From Malacoraja senta (taxonomy: Eukaryota), in the NCBI GenBank assembly GCA_038087875.1, contig CM075989.1, forward strand, positions 5,766,001 to 5,830,000: DNA of 64,000 bases, written 5' to 3'. Positions within the stretch are counted from its first letter, which is position 1; each line of letters starts with the position of its first letter. A program made the translations under genes and the position numbers. Below, one piece after another: positions 63,210-64,000 of this stretch. The notes under the pieces are model-generated. The model did not search any database. It was not told where the DNA came from and worked only from the letters and a program-made list of their open reading frames with translations.

Positions 63210-63294
63210 CAATAAGAAGACAACTGAGTTTTTTCCTGCATATTGTCTCATCGTATTTTGATTTGAATGCTCTCGTATGCTGTCAAATTCTGGA

Positions 63295-64000
63295 TTTTTT
63301 TTTTTTTAATAATTTAAATTTGTATTAAAGGCATCTGCATATCATAGTCCAAACCAATACAAACTTTGTTTAACGATTACATGTTAAATATCCAGGGTTC
63401 CGGGGACCCAGTTACCAAAGTAGCTGGGGTCCTCCTTTATCGGTTACATATTAACGTTGCCTCTAATTATTTATTTATGTTTATAGATAGGAAAAATAAA
63501 GAAATAAAAAGAAATTAGAAATATAAGATAAACTATCAATAATACAACTTAGGAGATAGGTCCGTAGGTCAGAGAACATAACTATTCATCTAGTCCTGGG
63601 TTCAGGTTTCAGTCAGGCCTCCGAAGCCCAATCTACCCCTTCATTTCTGGATTTAAGCTACAGGTATGTGATATAAAGCAACGCTTCAGAGGAAATAATC
63701 TATTTTTACTCTTACTAGCAACAAGTAAAGTGTTCTTCCATTTAATTACATGCCCTTGATCACGACAAACATTTGTCATCATTATTAGCAAATAAAGAAA
63801 TCTTGTTTGTTGCATGGACACCTCGATGCCATTAATAGAGCTTTGACAGATATCAAAATAGTATATTGGGAGGTTTATTTGGCCCTTTAGGGGATAAATA
63901 TTGTGTTACAGCAGCAATGTGTTTCATGATTCCTACTCGACAGATCGCCTTTTTTCAAACGATAAGAAAATAAGTCAGAGAGTTCCCCCTTATATAAGAA
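63295..64000 (-). mobile_element. Possible degenerate L1/Tx1 3' end with poly(A)
   Basis: Poly-T on + strand at ~63295-63308; FLYLLIMM..VIKWK resembles the L1 ORF2 C-terminus. Confidence 0.4.

Noticed and set aside
51400..64000. PLIN1 exons expected from human synteny
   Set aside because: No perilipin-like peptide recognised in any frame

Overview
Eukaryotic, repeat-dense vertebrate DNA. The repeat families (HE1/V-SINE-like SINEs, CR1 LINEs, Penelope-type repeats) suggest a cartilaginous fish such as a skate or ray; this is inference. Two host genes lie head-to-head around a GC-rich promoter at ~36.27-36.45 kb. WDR93 is on the minus strand: six coding exons with canonical, phase-consistent splice sites were traced from 32315 to 8505, and the gene continues beyond base 1. 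PEX11A is on the plus strand with three coding exons (37173-49935, 249 aa, complete). The rest is mostly transposable elements: a 5'-complete L1 LINE (intact ORF1, broken ORF2), many CR1 3' fragments, V-SINEs, Rex1/Babar fragments, PIF/Harbinger-type MITEs with TAA/TTA target-site duplications (TSDs), GC-rich non-autonomous retroelements, a probable solo LTR and a Helitron end. About 20 Penelope-derived repeats carry a minimal hammerhead-ribozyme motif (CTGANGA-stem II-GAAAC-GTH). There is also a near-perfect inverted repeat with 138-bp arms and a tandem duplication with an internal deletion. Repeat boundaries are approximate unless a TSD is cited.
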